From positions 298 to 64,297 of the forward strand of contig DFQQ01000017.1 in the NCBI GenBank assembly GCA_002377855.1: 64,000 bases of DNA, in the 5' to 3' direction. The translations under genes were made by a program, and so were the position numbers. The notes beneath the pieces are model-generated. The model was not told where the DNA came from. It ran no database searches and was given only the letters and a program-made list of their open reading frames with translations. How positions within the stretch are numbered: position 1 is the first letter of the stretch; the number at the start of each line of letters is the position of its first letter. This document shows positions 11,943 through 22,436 of the stretch, piece by piece. Source of the DNA: Acidovorax delafieldii. Its GTDB lineage: Bacteria > Pseudomonadota > Gammaproteobacteria > Burkholderiales > Burkholderiaceae_C.

Positions 11943-13016
11943 TTACACCACCACAGGCTCCAGATCCAGCCGGATACCAAAGCGTTCGTAAACGCTGGTT
12001 TGTATTGCTTTCGCAAGGGTCATGACTTCACCGCCGGTCACGCTGTCTTGCGCTGTACCCCGATTGACAAGCACCAGCGCCTGTTTTTCATAGACTCCCG
12101 CCTTGCCAATGGATTTGCCACGCCAGCCACAGGCATCAATCAGCCACCCGGCCGCGAGTTTGACCGACCCGTCCGGCATGGGGTAGTGAACAATTCTGGG
12201 TTCTCGGGCAATGATGTCCGAGCATTGCTCTGGAGTCACTGTCGGGTTCTTGAAAAAGCTGCCCGCATTACCCACGACGGCCGGATCTGGCAGCTTTGCG
12301 CGGCGAATCTCGCAGACCCACTCAAAAATCTGCTGCGCATCGGGACACTCGATACCCGCCTCGGCACGGCGACGCTCCAGATCCAGGTAACCCAGCACCG
12401 GGCGCCAGGGCCGAGGCAGACGAAAGCGCACATGGGTGATCACAGCGCGCCCCGCGAGCCCGATGTTTCTCACTTCCTCGCGCTCAGGCGTCGCCACTGG
12501 GGCGCCATGCTTGAACACCGAATCACGGTAGCCGAACGCGCACTGCTCGGCGGTCAGCGTGAAGATCTGGCCCGTGCCCATATCCACAGCGTCGAGCGAT
12601 TCGAAACGATCCTGCAGCTCCACACCATACGCCCCGATGTTCTGTACGGGAGACGCACCCACCGTTCCGGGGATCAACGCCAGGTTTTCTAGACCGGGGT
12701 ACCCATTTTGCAGGGTCCACTGCACACAGTCGTGCCAAGACTCCCCCGCTCCGGCCTCCACAATCCAGGCCTTTGCAGTTTCTTGCACCAACCGGAAGCC
12801 CTTGATCTCCATTTTGAGGACCACCGGCTTCACATCGCCTGTCAGAACGATGTTGCTGCCGCCCCCCAGGACAAAAAAGGGCGCTGGGCGTAGTTCAGGA
12901 TCGGCACGCACCTGCAACAAATCTTGCACATCGCGAATACGCACCAGACTCAATGCGCGGGCTGCGATGCCGAAGGTGTTCCAGGGCTGTAAAGGGACGT
13001 TTTTCTCGACTACCAT
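11943..13016 (-). CDS. murB: UDP-N-acetylenolpyruvoylglucosamine reductase
   Basis: The real gene is the C-terminal 357 aa of ORF 11943..13592. It starts at the in-frame ATG 13016 (MVVEKNVPLQPWNTFGI...) and has the FAD-binding motif GGGSNIV. The upstream part of that ORF is antisense to yajQ. Confidence 0.9.
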   Translation of the reverse strand: MVVEKNVPLQPWNTFGIAARALSLVRIRDVQDLLQVRADPELRPAPFFVLGGGSNIVLTGDVKPVVLKMEIKGFRLVQETAKAWIVEAGAGESWHDCVQWTLQNGYPGLENLALIPGTVGASPVQNIGAYGVELQDRFESLDAVDMGTGQIFTLTAEQCAFGYRDSVFKHGAPVATPEREEVRNIGLAGRAVITHVRFRLPRPWRPVLGYLDLERRRAEAGIECPDAQQIFEWVCEIRRAKLPDPAVVGNAGSFFKNPTVTPEQCSDIIAREPRIVHYPMPDGSVKLAAGWLIDACGWRGKSIGKAGVYEKQALVLVNRGTAQDSVTGGEVMTLAKAIQTSVYERFGIRLDLEPVVV

Positions 13017-13086
13017 TGACAAGATTGTCGCATCGGGACCTGCGCCCGGGCGATCTCCCTGATTTGCCAAGCCAGTGAAAGCCGCT

Positions 13087-13572
13087 ATGCCATCCTTTGA
13101 TACCGTCTGTGAAGCCAACCTTGTTGAAGTGAAAAACGCAGTGGAGAACACCGTCAAGGAAATCTCCACTCGCTTTGACTTCAAAGGGACCGCCGCCAGC
13201 ATTGAAATCAAGGACAAGGAAATCACCCTCATCGGTGATGCCGAGTTCCAGCTCACCCAAATTGAAGACATACTGCGCAATAAGCTCACCAAGCGCAACG
13301 TCGATGTGCGTTTCCTCGACAAGGGCGATGTGCAGAAGATGGGCGGCGACAAGGTCAAGCAGGTCATCAAGGTACGCAACGGCATTGAAAGTGAACTAGC
13401 CAAAAAGATCCAAAAGCTGCTCAAGGAAAGCAAGTTGAAGGTCCAAGGTGCGATCCAGGAGGACAAGGTCCGCGTGACCGGTGCCAAACGCGACGACCTG
13501 CAGGCCGCTATGGCATTGATTCGCAAAGATGTGGCAGATGTACCTCTGTCGTTCGATAATTTCCGCGACTGA
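13087..13572 (+). CDS. yajQ: YajQ-family nucleotide / cyclic-di-GMP-binding protein
   Basis: Begins MPSFDTV, the typical YajQ N-terminus, at the ATG 13087. 161 aa. Confidence 0.88.
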   Translation: MPSFDTVCEANLVEVKNAVENTVKEISTRFDFKGTAASIEIKDKEITLIGDAEFQLTQIEDILRNKLTKRNVDVRFLDKGDVQKMGGDKVKQVIKVRNGIESELAKKIQKLLKESKLKVQGAIQEDKVRVTGAKRDDLQAAMALIRKDVADVPLSFDNFRD

Positions 13573-13651
13573 TACCCAGTCGTGGGCCGCATGACGCTCT
13601 CACCCGTACTGCCGTACTGAGGCCAATGCGTTGCTGAAGCACCTGCGTCAG

Positions 13652-14284
13652 ATGGCCGAGCTCACGGCGCTGCTGGCAGCCCTCGGTGCCGGCGCGGCCC
13701 AGGCCCAGACCGCTGTGGCGCTGGCTGGGATTCTTGGCAACAAGGCACTTCTAGTGGTCAATGGCGGCGCTCCACGCGGCGTGGCTGCAGGCGAAAGCCA
13801 TTCGGGCGTGAAAGTCCTCTCTGTGGGTAAGGAAGAGGCTGTGGTTGAGATAGACGGCGCGCGACGCCCCTTGCGCTTGGGCGAAGCGCCGGTGAGCGTG
13901 GGCAGCCGGACCAGCGCCCGGCGGGTCGTGCTGCTTGCCGACGGGCGCGGCCATTTCATCAACAGCGGCATGATCAACGGCAGCCGCATGCAATACATGG
14001 TGGACACAGGTGCCTCCACCGTGGCCATCGGCAGGCCAGACGCAGATCGCATGGGCCTTCAGTACACGAGAGGCCAGCCCGTACAGATGAACACCGCCAA
14101 CGGCGTCGCGCAAGGTTGGCGTATCAAGCTGGACTCGGTACGAATCGGCGATGTGGAGGTGTATGGCATTGAGGCGGTGGTCACCCCGCAGGGCATGCCC
14201 TACGTTTTGCTCGGTAATAGCGTGCTGAGCGAGTTTCAGATGACCCGCACCAATGACCAGATGGTGCTGGAAAAGCGCAATTGA
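13652..14284 (+). CDS. retropepsin-like (clan AA) aspartic protease, secreted
   Basis: Signal peptide MAELTALLAALGAGAAQA and active-site motif MVDTGASTVAI (D-T-G-A). The TTG at 13631 is an alternative start. Confidence 0.75.
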   Translation: MAELTALLAALGAGAAQAQTAVALAGILGNKALLVVNGGAPRGVAAGESHSGVKVLSVGKEEAVVEIDGARRPLRLGEAPVSVGSRTSARRVVLLADGRGHFINSGMINGSRMQYMVDTGASTVAIGRPDADRMGLQYTRGQPVQMNTANGVAQGWRIKLDSVRIGDVEVYGIEAVVTPQGMPYVLLGNSVLSEFQMTRTNDQMVLEKRN

Positions 14285-14292
14285 CCACGCGG

Positions 14293-15318
14293 ATGTCCAC
14301 CTCCCTGCCCACTGGCAAGCTGCACGAAGGCGAGTACGAGGATTTACTCAGCCTTTGGTCTGACCTGGAAACGGCATTGTCGCTGCTGCTGTCCAAGCCA
14401 TTGCTGATCCAAGACTTCCCGGCAAAAATTCGCCAGCTCGATTTGTGGCTCCAAGACTTGGTGTCCCACGACAACGACGCGGCGCTGTACTTGATGTTCC
14501 AGTTGGCTGCCACCTCTACGGCAAGCTACAGCGCTTCTCACGCACTGGTGTGCGCAACGCTGTGCACCATCATGGCGCGCGAGTTGCGGCTGCCCATCAC
14601 GGAGCGAGACAGCTTGGTCAGGGCCGCCCTGACGATGAATATCGGCATGACCACGCTGCAAGATCAGTTGGCGCAGCAACGTGACAACCTGACACCCCAG
14701 CAAAAGGATGCAATCCAGCATCACCCGCTGCAAAGCCAGGCACTGCTGGAAAGGCTTTTTGTTACGGACTCCCTGTGGTTGGAGGTGGTTGGCCAGCACC
14801 ACGTTCAAATTGCCGACCGGGTACCCCTTGCTTCGCAGGCGCCTTCAGATCGGCTGACGCGCATTCTGGGAACGATCGACCGCTATGCGGCCATGATCAG
14901 CCCCCGCAAGTCTCGGGCCGGGCGCAGTTCTACGGATTCCGTTCGCGCCATCGTCGGGCAGGAGGTGGACCAGCACGATGAAGTGAGTTATGCGCTGGTG
15001 CGTGCTATTGGTTTGTGCCCACCGGGCACCTTCGTAAAGCTCGACAACGGGGACACAGCCATCGTCTTGCGCCGCAGTGACAAGGCCAACCATCCGTTGG
15101 TGGCCAGCTTGCTGGACCGCTCTGGCAATCACCGTGCACAGCCCACGTTGCACCCTACCGCGCTGAGCAAACCGCGCATCCAGTCGGCGCTAGCGCGCTC
15201 AGCCGTTACGGTGGAGCTCAACCACCGAACGATGGTGAGGCTGGGGCTTTATGCCGCCCAGCACAACACTGGCATTCACAATCTGGTCACAACGCCTGCC
15301 ACCTTGGGGCTGCACTGA
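14293..15318 (+). CDS. degenerate HD-GYP-like HD-domain protein
   Basis: IQHHP...GQHH...IDRYAAMISPRKSRAG resembles an HD-GYP core, but no GYP motif is present. The longest ORF opens at TTG 14281 and overlaps the preceding stop by 4 nt. Confidence 0.6.
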   Translation: MSTSLPTGKLHEGEYEDLLSLWSDLETALSLLLSKPLLIQDFPAKIRQLDLWLQDLVSHDNDAALYLMFQLAATSTASYSASHALVCATLCTIMARELRLPITERDSLVRAALTMNIGMTTLQDQLAQQRDNLTPQQKDAIQHHPLQSQALLERLFVTDSLWLEVVGQHHVQIADRVPLASQAPSDRLTRILGTIDRYAAMISPRKSRAGRSSTDSVRAIVGQEVDQHDEVSYALVRAIGLCPPGTFVKLDNGDTAIVLRRSDKANHPLVASLLDRSGNHRAQPTLHPTALSKPRIQSALARSAVTVELNHRTMVRLGLYAAQHNTGIHNLVTTPATLGLH

Positions 15319-15424
15319 CCTCTGCAGTCCCGCCTGCAGCCGGCCGCTGGCCCCTTGAAACGCAAGTACGCAAGCCCTGTCCGATGGGCCGGGCGCCACC
15401 GAAGTGAAGCTTGCCGCCAATCGT

Positions 15425-16054
15425 TTACTTTTTCGACTTGCCCAGCTTGGACTCCTTGCCCTCCAGCAACCGCTGGATATTTTCGCGGTGCCGCCACACC
15501 AACAGCAAAGCCATCACTGCAATGGCAACGGCAATACTCTGCTCTGCGTACCAGACCGCTCCGTCTACCAACAGATAAAACACCGGGGCGAACACGGCGG
15601 CGACCAGAGAAGCCAGCGACGAATACCGGAAAAACAAGGCGATCAACAGCCAGGTCACCGCAGTGGCTAGCCCCAACCACGCGTTGATACCCACGAGAAC
15701 CCCCAGGGCAGTGGCCACACCCTTCCCACCCTGAAAGCGGAAGAACACAGGCCAGAGATGCCCCAGGAATGCGGCCAGGCCCACCAGGGCGATCGTGCCC
15801 TCTTCCAATCCATATGGCTTGCCATACCAGCGCACCAACACCACGGGCAGCCAGCCCTTGACGGCGTCCAGCAGCAGCGTCACCACGGCGGCGACCTTGC
15901 TGCCCGAGCGCAGCACATTGGTCGCACCGGGGTTTTTGCTGCCGTAAGTGCGCGGGTCGCTCAGCCCCATCACGCGGGTGACGATGACGGCGAATGACAG
16001 CGAACCCAACAAATAGGCGGCCACGGCGGCAAACAGGGGATACACGGCGGTCAA
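15425..16054 (-). CDS. plsY: glycerol-3-phosphate acyltransferase PlsY
   Basis: Conserved [12 protein letters not shown] motif in a polytopic membrane protein. Start set to the in-frame TTG at 16054, which lies 5 nt after AAGGAG (16060-16065). The longer ORF to 16120 lacks an RBS. Confidence 0.88.
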   Translation of the reverse strand: MTAVYPLFAAVAAYLLGSLSFAVIVTRVMGLSDPRTYGSKNPGATNVLRSGSKVAAVVTLLLDAVKGWLPVVLVRWYGKPYGLEEGTIALVGLAAFLGHLWPVFFRFQGGKGVATALGVLVGINAWLGLATAVTWLLIALFFRYSSLASLVAAVFAPVFYLLVDGAVWYAEQSIAVAIAVMALLLVWRHRENIQRLLEGKESKLGKSKK

Positions 16055-16101
16055 AACAACTCCTTGGATAGATTCGGTACGGGCACGCCCGCATGCGGCG
16101 G

Positions 16102-16593
16102 CTATTCTGCCAGCGCGCACTGCACGGGCCGCGCGCCCAGCAGTTCAACGCACACGCGCGGGTCGATCTGCACCAGAAAGCCTCGACGCCCGCCGTTGAT
16201 GGCAATGCGCGGCAAACCCAGAATGGACTCTTCGATATAAACCGGCATCTTGCGCCGGGTGCCGAACGGAGACGTCCCCCCTACCAGATAGCCGCTGTGG
16301 CGGTTGGCCACCTCGGGGGCACAGGGCTCCACCGACTTGGCCCCGATCTGCCGGGCCAGGTTTTTGGTGGACACCTTGCGGTTGCCATGCATCAGCACCA
16401 CCAAAGGCTTGGCATCCTGGTCTTGCATGATCAACGTCTTGACCACCATGAACGGGTCGAGCCCCAGCACTGCGGCACTGTGCTGGGCTCCGCCATGCTC
16501 CAGGTACTCATAAGGATGCTCGGTGTAGGCCACCTTGTGCGCCTTGAGCAGCTGGGTGGCGGGGGTTTCGGAAACGTGTTCTCTCTTGGCCAT
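16102..16593 (-). CDS. ybaK: Cys-tRNA(Pro)/Cys-tRNA(Cys) deacylase YbaK
   Basis: 163 aa YbaK/EbsC-type sequence with GGTSPFG. Confidence 0.85.
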   Translation of the reverse strand: MAKREHVSETPATQLLKAHKVAYTEHPYEYLEHGGAQHSAAVLGLDPFMVVKTLIMQDQDAKPLVVLMHGNRKVSTKNLARQIGAKSVEPCAPEVANRHSGYLVGGTSPFGTRRKMPVYIEESILGLPRIAINGGRRGFLVQIDPRVCVELLGARPVQCALAE

Positions 16594-16650
16594 GGTGCAA
16601 AACAGGGTGACTCGCGATGGTAACCATGCCCAGCCTGAACCGCGAGATGC

Positions 16651-17619
16651 TTACCCGCCGCCTGCGCGCGAGCCGCCGGTACCTCGGGCGTTTTTGCGGT
16701 GCCCCACCTTGCGTGTTCCATACTCGGAAATTGCGGCGACCAGGGTCTCGGTAAAGGCGCGGACCAGGGGCGAGGGCTCACGCCCCTCCAGCCCTAGCAC
16801 CTGAAGCCGCCGCTGCTGCATCTGGGCTTCTTCAAAAGGCACGGCCATCAGGCGCCCGTCTTCCACCCAATGGGCCGCTGTCAGGTAGCCTGCCAGCACC
16901 ACGTCACTTCCTTCCAGCAGCGGCAGCAACGCCGACGAAAAATTGCTTTCGACAGCTGGCGCGTAGCGCAAGCCTTGCACGGTGCAGCTCAGGTCAAAAA
17001 GCTGCCGCCCCGTAATGCTGCTGCCTCCCATGAGCAAAGGGTAAGCCACTACATCGGCCACACGCACGCTGCGTTGGCGAGCCAGCGGATGCTCCGGCAC
17101 CACCACCGCGTACACCGGCGCCACGGCAGAGTGCAGCACCTGCAGGCCCTTGTCGGGCGCCAGGCTGTATTTCAACGCCAAGTCCACCTCACCGCGCAGC
17201 AGCAGCGCAGATGCCTCCTGCGGCACAACCACCTGCAAGTGCAACTGCACCGAAGGGTGTTGCCCCCTGAAGGCCTCCATGACACGGGGCAAGAACCCCA
17301 CCGCAAAACCCTCTGTGCAGGCCACGCGCACCTGCTGGGCCTGCTGGGTGGCCAAATCCTGCAGTTGCTGCACCAGCCCTGCGGATTGCGCCTCTTGCGC
17401 ATTGAGGTGGGCCAGCAACCGCGCACCTGCCGCCGTGAGCGCCATTCCACGGGGCTGGCGCTCAAACAGCGGCACACCCACCGAATCTTCAAGTTTGGAG
17501 AGTTGCCGGCTAACGGCAGACGCCGCAACGTGAAGGCGCTGCGCTGCCTGGTTGACCGACCCGGTGCGCGCCACCTCGAAGAAGTACCGCAGCGGCAAAC
17601 TGAACAGTGAAAAATGCAT
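16651..17619 (-). CDS. LysR-family transcriptional regulator
   Basis: N-terminal [38 protein letters not shown]. Start trimmed to the ATG at 17619. Divergent from a Bug-family binding-protein gene. Confidence 0.9.
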   Translation of the reverse strand: MHFSLFSLPLRYFFEVARTGSVNQAAQRLHVAASAVSRQLSKLEDSVGVPLFERQPRGMALTAAGARLLAHLNAQEAQSAGLVQQLQDLATQQAQQVRVACTEGFAVGFLPRVMEAFRGQHPSVQLHLQVVVPQEASALLLRGEVDLALKYSLAPDKGLQVLHSAVAPVYAVVVPEHPLARQRSVRVADVVAYPLLMGGSSITGRQLFDLSCTVQGLRYAPAVESNFSSALLPLLEGSDVVLAGYLTAAHWVEDGRLMAVPFEEAQMQQRRLQVLGLEGREPSPLVRAFTETLVAAISEYGTRKVGHRKNARGTGGSRAGGG

Positions 17620-17629
17620 GGAGATGGTG

Positions 17630-17644
17630 TTGCCATAAAGGCAA
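17630..17644. promoter_or_regulatory. candidate LysR box (T-N11-A palindrome)
   Basis: TTGCC-ataaa-GGCAA is a perfect inverted repeat 11 nt upstream of the LysR start, inside the divergent intergenic region. Confidence 0.4.
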
Positions 17645-17771
17645 TACTTTTTTGCTAATTCTCTATCAATCAGAACGCGGAGACGGCGTCCATCTTGCAT
17701 GTTTCAAGGCTCCAATTGGCCCATGGCCCCGGCGGGCAGCGCCCGCCGAGCCTTCACCCCAGGAGACCTCG

Positions 17772-18776
17772 ATGAAACGCCGTAGCTCACTCACCTTTTT
17801 GCTTGCCGCCTGCGGCGCCCTGGCGTCCACCGCCGGCAATGCACAGCAGCCCACCAGCGCAGACATCGCGGCCGCGACTTGGCCCCAGCGCGCCATCCGC
17901 CTTGTGGTCCCCTTCCCTCCCGGCGGCGGTACCGACGCCGTGGCACGGGCCCTGGCGCAAAAACTGGCTGCCCGCCTGGGTAGCCCCGTGGTGGTGGACA
18001 ACAAGCCCGGCGCCTCCACCATCATTGGCACCGAGAGTGTGGTGAAGGCAGACCCGGATGGCTACACCCTGCTGGTGTCGGGCTCCACCAGCTACACCGT
18101 CAACGCCGCCTTGCGGCCCAAGCTGCCTTATGACCCGCTCAAAGACCTGGCCCCGGTTGCCATCGTGGCCAAGGCGCCGCTGGTGATCGTGGTCAACGCC
18201 AACTCTCCCTACAAAGACTTGAACGCGTTACTGGCCGCGGCCAAGGCAGCTCCCAAGACCATCAACTACGCCACCTTTGGCTCTGGCTCCGCCCCCCACC
18301 TGGTGGGCTCGCTGCTGGAGCAAACCACGGGGGTGCGCCTGCAAGATGTGCCCTACCGCGGCAGCGCCCAGGCCATGATGGGATTGATGGGCGGCGAGAT
18401 CCAGGTAGCCATCGACACCGTGGCCAGTGCTGCGCAACATGTGCGTGCAGGCAAGCTGCGCGCACTGGCCATTGCCGGCAATGAACGCGCCCGCGCCCTG
18501 CCCGACGTGCCCACGGTGACCGAACTGAAACTGCCAGACGCCGCCTTTGATGGCTGGTATGCCGTGGCCGCCCCGGCGCGCACCCCCACCCCCATCGTCA
18601 GTAAGCTCCTGAAAGAGGTGGACGGCGCGATGCGCGACCCACAACTGCAAGAGCAGATTCGCGCGCAAGGCATGGAGCCCGTGTTCATTGGCCCCAAACC
18701 CATGCACGCCGCGATGGAAGATGAGATCGGCCGTTACCGCGCACTGGCCTGGCGCGCCAAGATTGTGGTGGAGTAA
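17772..18776 (+). CDS. Bug-family (TctC-like) tripartite tricarboxylate transporter substrate-binding protein
   Basis: ATG at 17772 preceded by AGGAG. Has a signal peptide and the motif [17 protein letters not shown]. Confidence 0.88.
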   Translation: MKRRSSLTFLLAACGALASTAGNAQQPTSADIAAATWPQRAIRLVVPFPPGGGTDAVARALAQKLAARLGSPVVVDNKPGASTIIGTESVVKADPDGYTLLVSGSTSYTVNAALRPKLPYDPLKDLAPVAIVAKAPLVIVVNANSPYKDLNALLAAAKAAPKTINYATFGSGSAPHLVGSLLEQTTGVRLQDVPYRGSAQAMMGLMGGEIQVAIDTVASAAQHVRAGKLRALAIAGNERARALPDVPTVTELKLPDAAFDGWYAVAAPARTPTPIVSKLLKEVDGAMRDPQLQEQIRAQGMEPVFIGPKPMHAAMEDEIGRYRALAWRAKIVVE

Positions 18777-18782
18777 GCGGCC

Positions 18783-20210
18783 ATGAGCAGAGAGCAACTC
18801 ATTCGCAGCGTGCAGCAGCACTTTGACGGCGGGGCGTTTGCCGCCACCCTGTCGCGGCGCGTGGCCTGGCGCACCGAAAGCGACACCGGCACGGTGCCGC
18901 CCACCCTGCGCGGCTACCTGGTCGACGAAATGGTGCCTGAGCTGCAAGGCCTGGGCTTTGACTGCCAAGTGCTGGACAACCCCGACCCCAAGGGTGGCCC
19001 CCTGCTACTGGCGCGTAGGGTGGAAGACGCCGCGCTGCCCACGGTGCTGACCTACGGTCACGGCGACGTGGTGAACGGGCAGGAAAGTGCTTGGCGCGAG
19101 GGCCTGTCGCCCTGGGCGCTGACACAAGAAGGCGACCGCTGGTACGGTCGCGGCACGGCCGACAACAAGGGGCAGCACACGGTGGTGTTCACCGCACTGG
19201 CCCACGCCATTGCCGCGCGCGGCGGCAAGCTGGGCTACAACGTGACGGTGCTGCTGGAGATGGGCGAAGAAGCCGGCTCCCCCGGCCTGGCCCGTTTCTG
19301 CGCCGACCATGCAGACGCCCTGCGTGCCGACCTGTTTGTGGCCAGCGACGGCCCGCGCATCAATGTGGAGCGTCCCACCCTGTTCCTGGGTTCACGCGGG
19401 GCCATCAACTTCTCGCTCACTGTGCGCAGCCGCGACAAGGCCTACCACTCCGGCAACTGGGGTGGCGTGCTGGCCAACCCGGCCACGGTGCTCAGCCATG
19501 CGCTGGCCAGCATGGTGGATGCGCATGGGCGCGTGCTGGTACCTGGCCTGCTGCCCGCCAGCGTGCCTGACAAGCTGCGCACAGCACTCAAAGACGTCGC
19601 CATCGGCGCGGGCGCGGACGACCCGGCCCTCACCCCCGGCTGGGGCGAGCCGGGCCTGACACCCGCCGAGCAACTGGTGGGCTGGAACACGCTGGAAGTG
19701 CTGGCCTTGGGCTCGGGCAATGCACAGCGGCCCATCAACGCCATCCCCTCGCAAGCCGTGGCGCACTGCCAGCTGCGCTTTGTGGTGGGCACTGACTGGA
19801 AGAACGTGCAGGCCACGCTGCGCCAGCACCTGGACGCCCACGGCTTTGAGCAGGTGGACACCACCATGGGCATGGTGTGTGGTGCCACACGACTGGACCT
19901 GGACAACCCCTGGGTGGACTGGACGCTGGCCAGCATGGAACGCAGCGCAGGCCAAAGCGCCACACTGCTGCCCAACTTGGCAGGCTCGCTGCCCAACGAC
20001 ATCTTTGCCGACCAGCTGGGCCTGCCCACGCTGTGGATTCCACACTCCTACCCCGCCTGCGCGCAGCATGCGCCCAATGAACATTTGCTCGGCTCCGTCG
20101 CCCGCGAAGGTCTGGCCGTTATGGCGGGACTGTTTTGGGATTTGGGCGAGCCCGGCAGCGCGCCGTGGCAAGAAGGGGCAGTTTCCGCAGGAGAACACCC
20201 TGGGGCGTAA
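18783..20210 (+). CDS. M20-family metallopeptidase / dipeptidase
   Basis: 475 aa with YGHGDVV and GRGTADNKG motifs. Confidence 0.85.
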   Translation: MSREQLIRSVQQHFDGGAFAATLSRRVAWRTESDTGTVPPTLRGYLVDEMVPELQGLGFDCQVLDNPDPKGGPLLLARRVEDAALPTVLTYGHGDVVNGQESAWREGLSPWALTQEGDRWYGRGTADNKGQHTVVFTALAHAIAARGGKLGYNVTVLLEMGEEAGSPGLARFCADHADALRADLFVASDGPRINVERPTLFLGSRGAINFSLTVRSRDKAYHSGNWGGVLANPATVLSHALASMVDAHGRVLVPGLLPASVPDKLRTALKDVAIGAGADDPALTPGWGEPGLTPAEQLVGWNTLEVLALGSGNAQRPINAIPSQAVAHCQLRFVVGTDWKNVQATLRQHLDAHGFEQVDTTMGMVCGATRLDLDNPWVDWTLASMERSAGQSATLLPNLAGSLPNDIFADQLGLPTLWIPHSYPACAQHAPNEHLLGSVAREGLAVMAGLFWDLGEPGSAPWQEGAVSAGEHPGA

Positions 20211-20287
20211 ACCACCCCAGGTGCCCATAGCGCATCCGCGCCGTGCAAACGCTTGTGGTACGGAATCACCCCCTTGAAACCGTTCAC

Positions 20288-20331
20288 GCTGAGCTTGTCG
20301 AAGCGCCGCGCAAGGCTTCGACAGGCTCAGC
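20288..20331. repeat. 17-bp imperfect inverted repeat (REP-like hairpin) between convergent genes
   Basis: GCTGAGCTTGTCGAAGC (20288-20304) pairs with GCTTCGACAGGCTCAGC (20315-20331), with 16 of 17 positions complementary. Confidence 0.7.
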
Positions 20332-20400
20332 CCGAACGGACATTGAAAATTTCTACAACCTCAGCCCAGACGGCGAGCACAGTCGGCTCTGGGGGCGCCA

Positions 20401-21462
20401 TCAAAGCGCTGGGTCGCGCACTTCCCAGCGAATGGCGTCGATAGCCTCCAGTACCTCGGGCGACAGCGTGGTGCCCCAGGCGTTCAGGTCTTCGTCCAGC
20501 TGGGCCAGCGATGTGACGCCAATGATGGTGCTGGCCACCTGCCACTTGGTGTAGCAGAAGGCCAGCGCCATCTGCGTAGGCGTGAGGCCGTTGTCGCGCG
20601 CGAGCTGGTTGTAGCGGCGGGCAGCAGCCAGCGCCTCTGGGCGGCCCCAGCGCTGCTTGCGCACCGATTCATAGCGCGCAATGCGTGCGCCCTGGGGGGC
20701 CCCGGCGTCGGTGGGGGCGTGCTCGTCGTACTTGCCTGTCAACAGGCCAAAGCCCAAAGGCGAATAGGCCAGCAGCGACACATTCAGGCGATGGCAGGTC
20801 TCGTCCATCGCGTTTTCCCAAGTGCGGTTGATGAGGCAGTACGGGTTTTGCACCGTGGCCACACGCGGCAGGCCGTGCTGCTCGGCCAGGCGCGCAAATT
20901 CGTGCACGCCATAGGGCGTCTCGTTCGAAAGGCCGATATAGCGCACCTTGCCCGCCTTCACCAGCTTGGCCAGCGTTTCGAGCTGCTCATGAATGGGCGT
21001 TTGCGAGGTTTCCTTGGCCGGGTCGTAGTACAGCGTGCCAAAGGCGGGCACATGGCGCTCGGGCCAGTGGATCTGGTAGAGGTCGATGACATCGGTCTGC
21101 AGGCGGCGCAGGCTGCCTTCGCACGATGCCACGATGTCAGCAGGCGTCATGCCCTTGCCCTCGCGCACCCAGGGCATGCCGCGCGAGGGGCCCGCCACCT
21201 TGGTGGCCAGCACCAGCTTCTGGCGGGCACCGGGGTTTTTGGAAAACCAATTGCCGATGATGGTTTCGGTCGCGCCAAAGGTCTCGGCCCGTGCGGGCAC
21301 GGAATACATCTCGGCCGTGTCGATGAAGTTGACGCCCCGCGCCAGCGAGTGGCTGAGGATGGCATGCGAGTCGGCTTCATTGACCTGCTCACCGAAGGTC
21401 ATGGTGCCCAGGCAGATGGGCGTAACGTGCAGGTCGCTGAGGCCGAGTGGGATGGTTTGCAT
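20401..21462 (-). CDS. NADP(H)-dependent aldo-keto reductase (Tas-like)
   Basis: 353 aa with an AKR-family N-terminus LGTMTFGEQ and overall Tas-like length. Confidence 0.85.
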   Translation of the reverse strand: MQTIPLGLSDLHVTPICLGTMTFGEQVNEADSHAILSHSLARGVNFIDTAEMYSVPARAETFGATETIIGNWFSKNPGARQKLVLATKVAGPSRGMPWVREGKGMTPADIVASCEGSLRRLQTDVIDLYQIHWPERHVPAFGTLYYDPAKETSQTPIHEQLETLAKLVKAGKVRYIGLSNETPYGVHEFARLAEQHGLPRVATVQNPYCLINRTWENAMDETCHRLNVSLLAYSPLGFGLLTGKYDEHAPTDAGAPQGARIARYESVRKQRWGRPEALAAARRYNQLARDNGLTPTQMALAFCYTKWQVASTIIGVTSLAQLDEDLNAWGTTLSPEVLEAIDAIRWEVRDPAL

Positions 21463-21538
21463 GGAGGAAAAGGATTACAAGCGAAGGAACGGCCTCGCAG
21501 AATAATGGATTTTCCTTTCACTCGCAGACCGGCACGCC

Positions 21539-22297
21539 ATGCCTGAGGGCCCTTCCATCTTCATCCTGCGCGAGCAGGCAGCCGCCTTTGCAGGCAAGAC
21601 AATCGCACGCACCGAGGGAAACACTTCCATCGACAAGGCACGCTTGGTAGGCCAGCGAGTAGTGTCGGTGCGCAGCTGGGGGAAGCACTTCTTGCTGGAG
21701 TTTGCAGGTTTTGCGCTGCGTGTGCACTTCCTGCTGTTTGGCAGCTACCGTATCAACGAACGCAAAGACGCGCCTGTACGCCTGAGCCTGCAGTTTGATG
21801 ACGGGGAACTCAACCTGTACGCCTGCTCCGTGAAGTTCGTGGAAGGGCCGCTGCAAGCCGCCTACGACTGGAAGGCCGATGTCATGTCTGACAGCTGGGA
21901 TCCCAGGCTGGCTCTGCAGCGGCTGCGGGCGCAGCCCGAGACCCTGGCGTGCGATGCGTTGCTGGACCAGACGGTGTTTTCAGGCGTGGGCAACATCATC
22001 AAGAATGAAGTGCTGTTTCGCATCCGCGTGCACCCTCTGTCCACCGTGGGCGCCCTGCCCGCTGCCAAGTTGCGCGAGTTGGTGGAGCAGGCCCGCCAAT
22101 ACAGCTTTGACTTTCTGGAGTGGAAGCGGCAATTTCAGCTCAAGCAACACTGGCTGGTGCACCGCTGCACGGTGTGCCCGCGCTGCCAGGTTCCGTTGAG
22201 CAAGGCCCATCTGGGCAAGACCAGACGGCGGAGCTTCTATTGCGAAGGTTGCCAGAAGCGATATGAACGGCCCGACCTTGCCGCGCCACCGCAGTGA
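21539..22297 (+). CDS. Fpg/Nei-family DNA glycosylase (endonuclease VIII-like)
   Basis: N-terminal MPEGP (catalytic Pro2/Glu3) and a C-terminal zinc finger CTVCPRC...CEGC. Confidence 0.8.
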   Translation: MPEGPSIFILREQAAAFAGKTIARTEGNTSIDKARLVGQRVVSVRSWGKHFLLEFAGFALRVHFLLFGSYRINERKDAPVRLSLQFDDGELNLYACSVKFVEGPLQAAYDWKADVMSDSWDPRLALQRLRAQPETLACDALLDQTVFSGVGNIIKNEVLFRIRVHPLSTVGALPAAKLRELVEQARQYSFDFLEWKRQFQLKQHWLVHRCTVCPRCQVPLSKAHLGKTRRRSFYCEGCQKRYERPDLAAPPQ

Positions 22298-22324
22298 GCG
22301 GCCTCACGCATCGCACCATGGATT

Positions 22325-22384
22325 TATGTAAAAAAGGCTTGTAGCGCCCTAATTCACAGCGCCAGTAGCTATAAATTCAATAGC
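22325..22384. repeat. ~60-bp intergenic repeat, copy 1
   Basis: Shares the blocks TATG..AAAAA.GGC..TAGCGC..AGCGC.AG.AGCTATA..ATAGC with 28435-28496. Confidence 0.6.
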
Positions 22385-22436
22385 AATCCATGGACCAAGC
22401 ACAGCCGACGATGTCTCGCGCTCACGCTGGCCAGAT

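Noticed and set aside
11943-13592. A single 549-aa ORF on the minus strand
   Set aside because: Only the C-terminal 357 aa, from the ATG at 13016, looks like MurB. The N-terminal 192 aa is Ser/Leu/Thr-rich low-complexity sequence exactly antisense to the well-supported yajQ gene.
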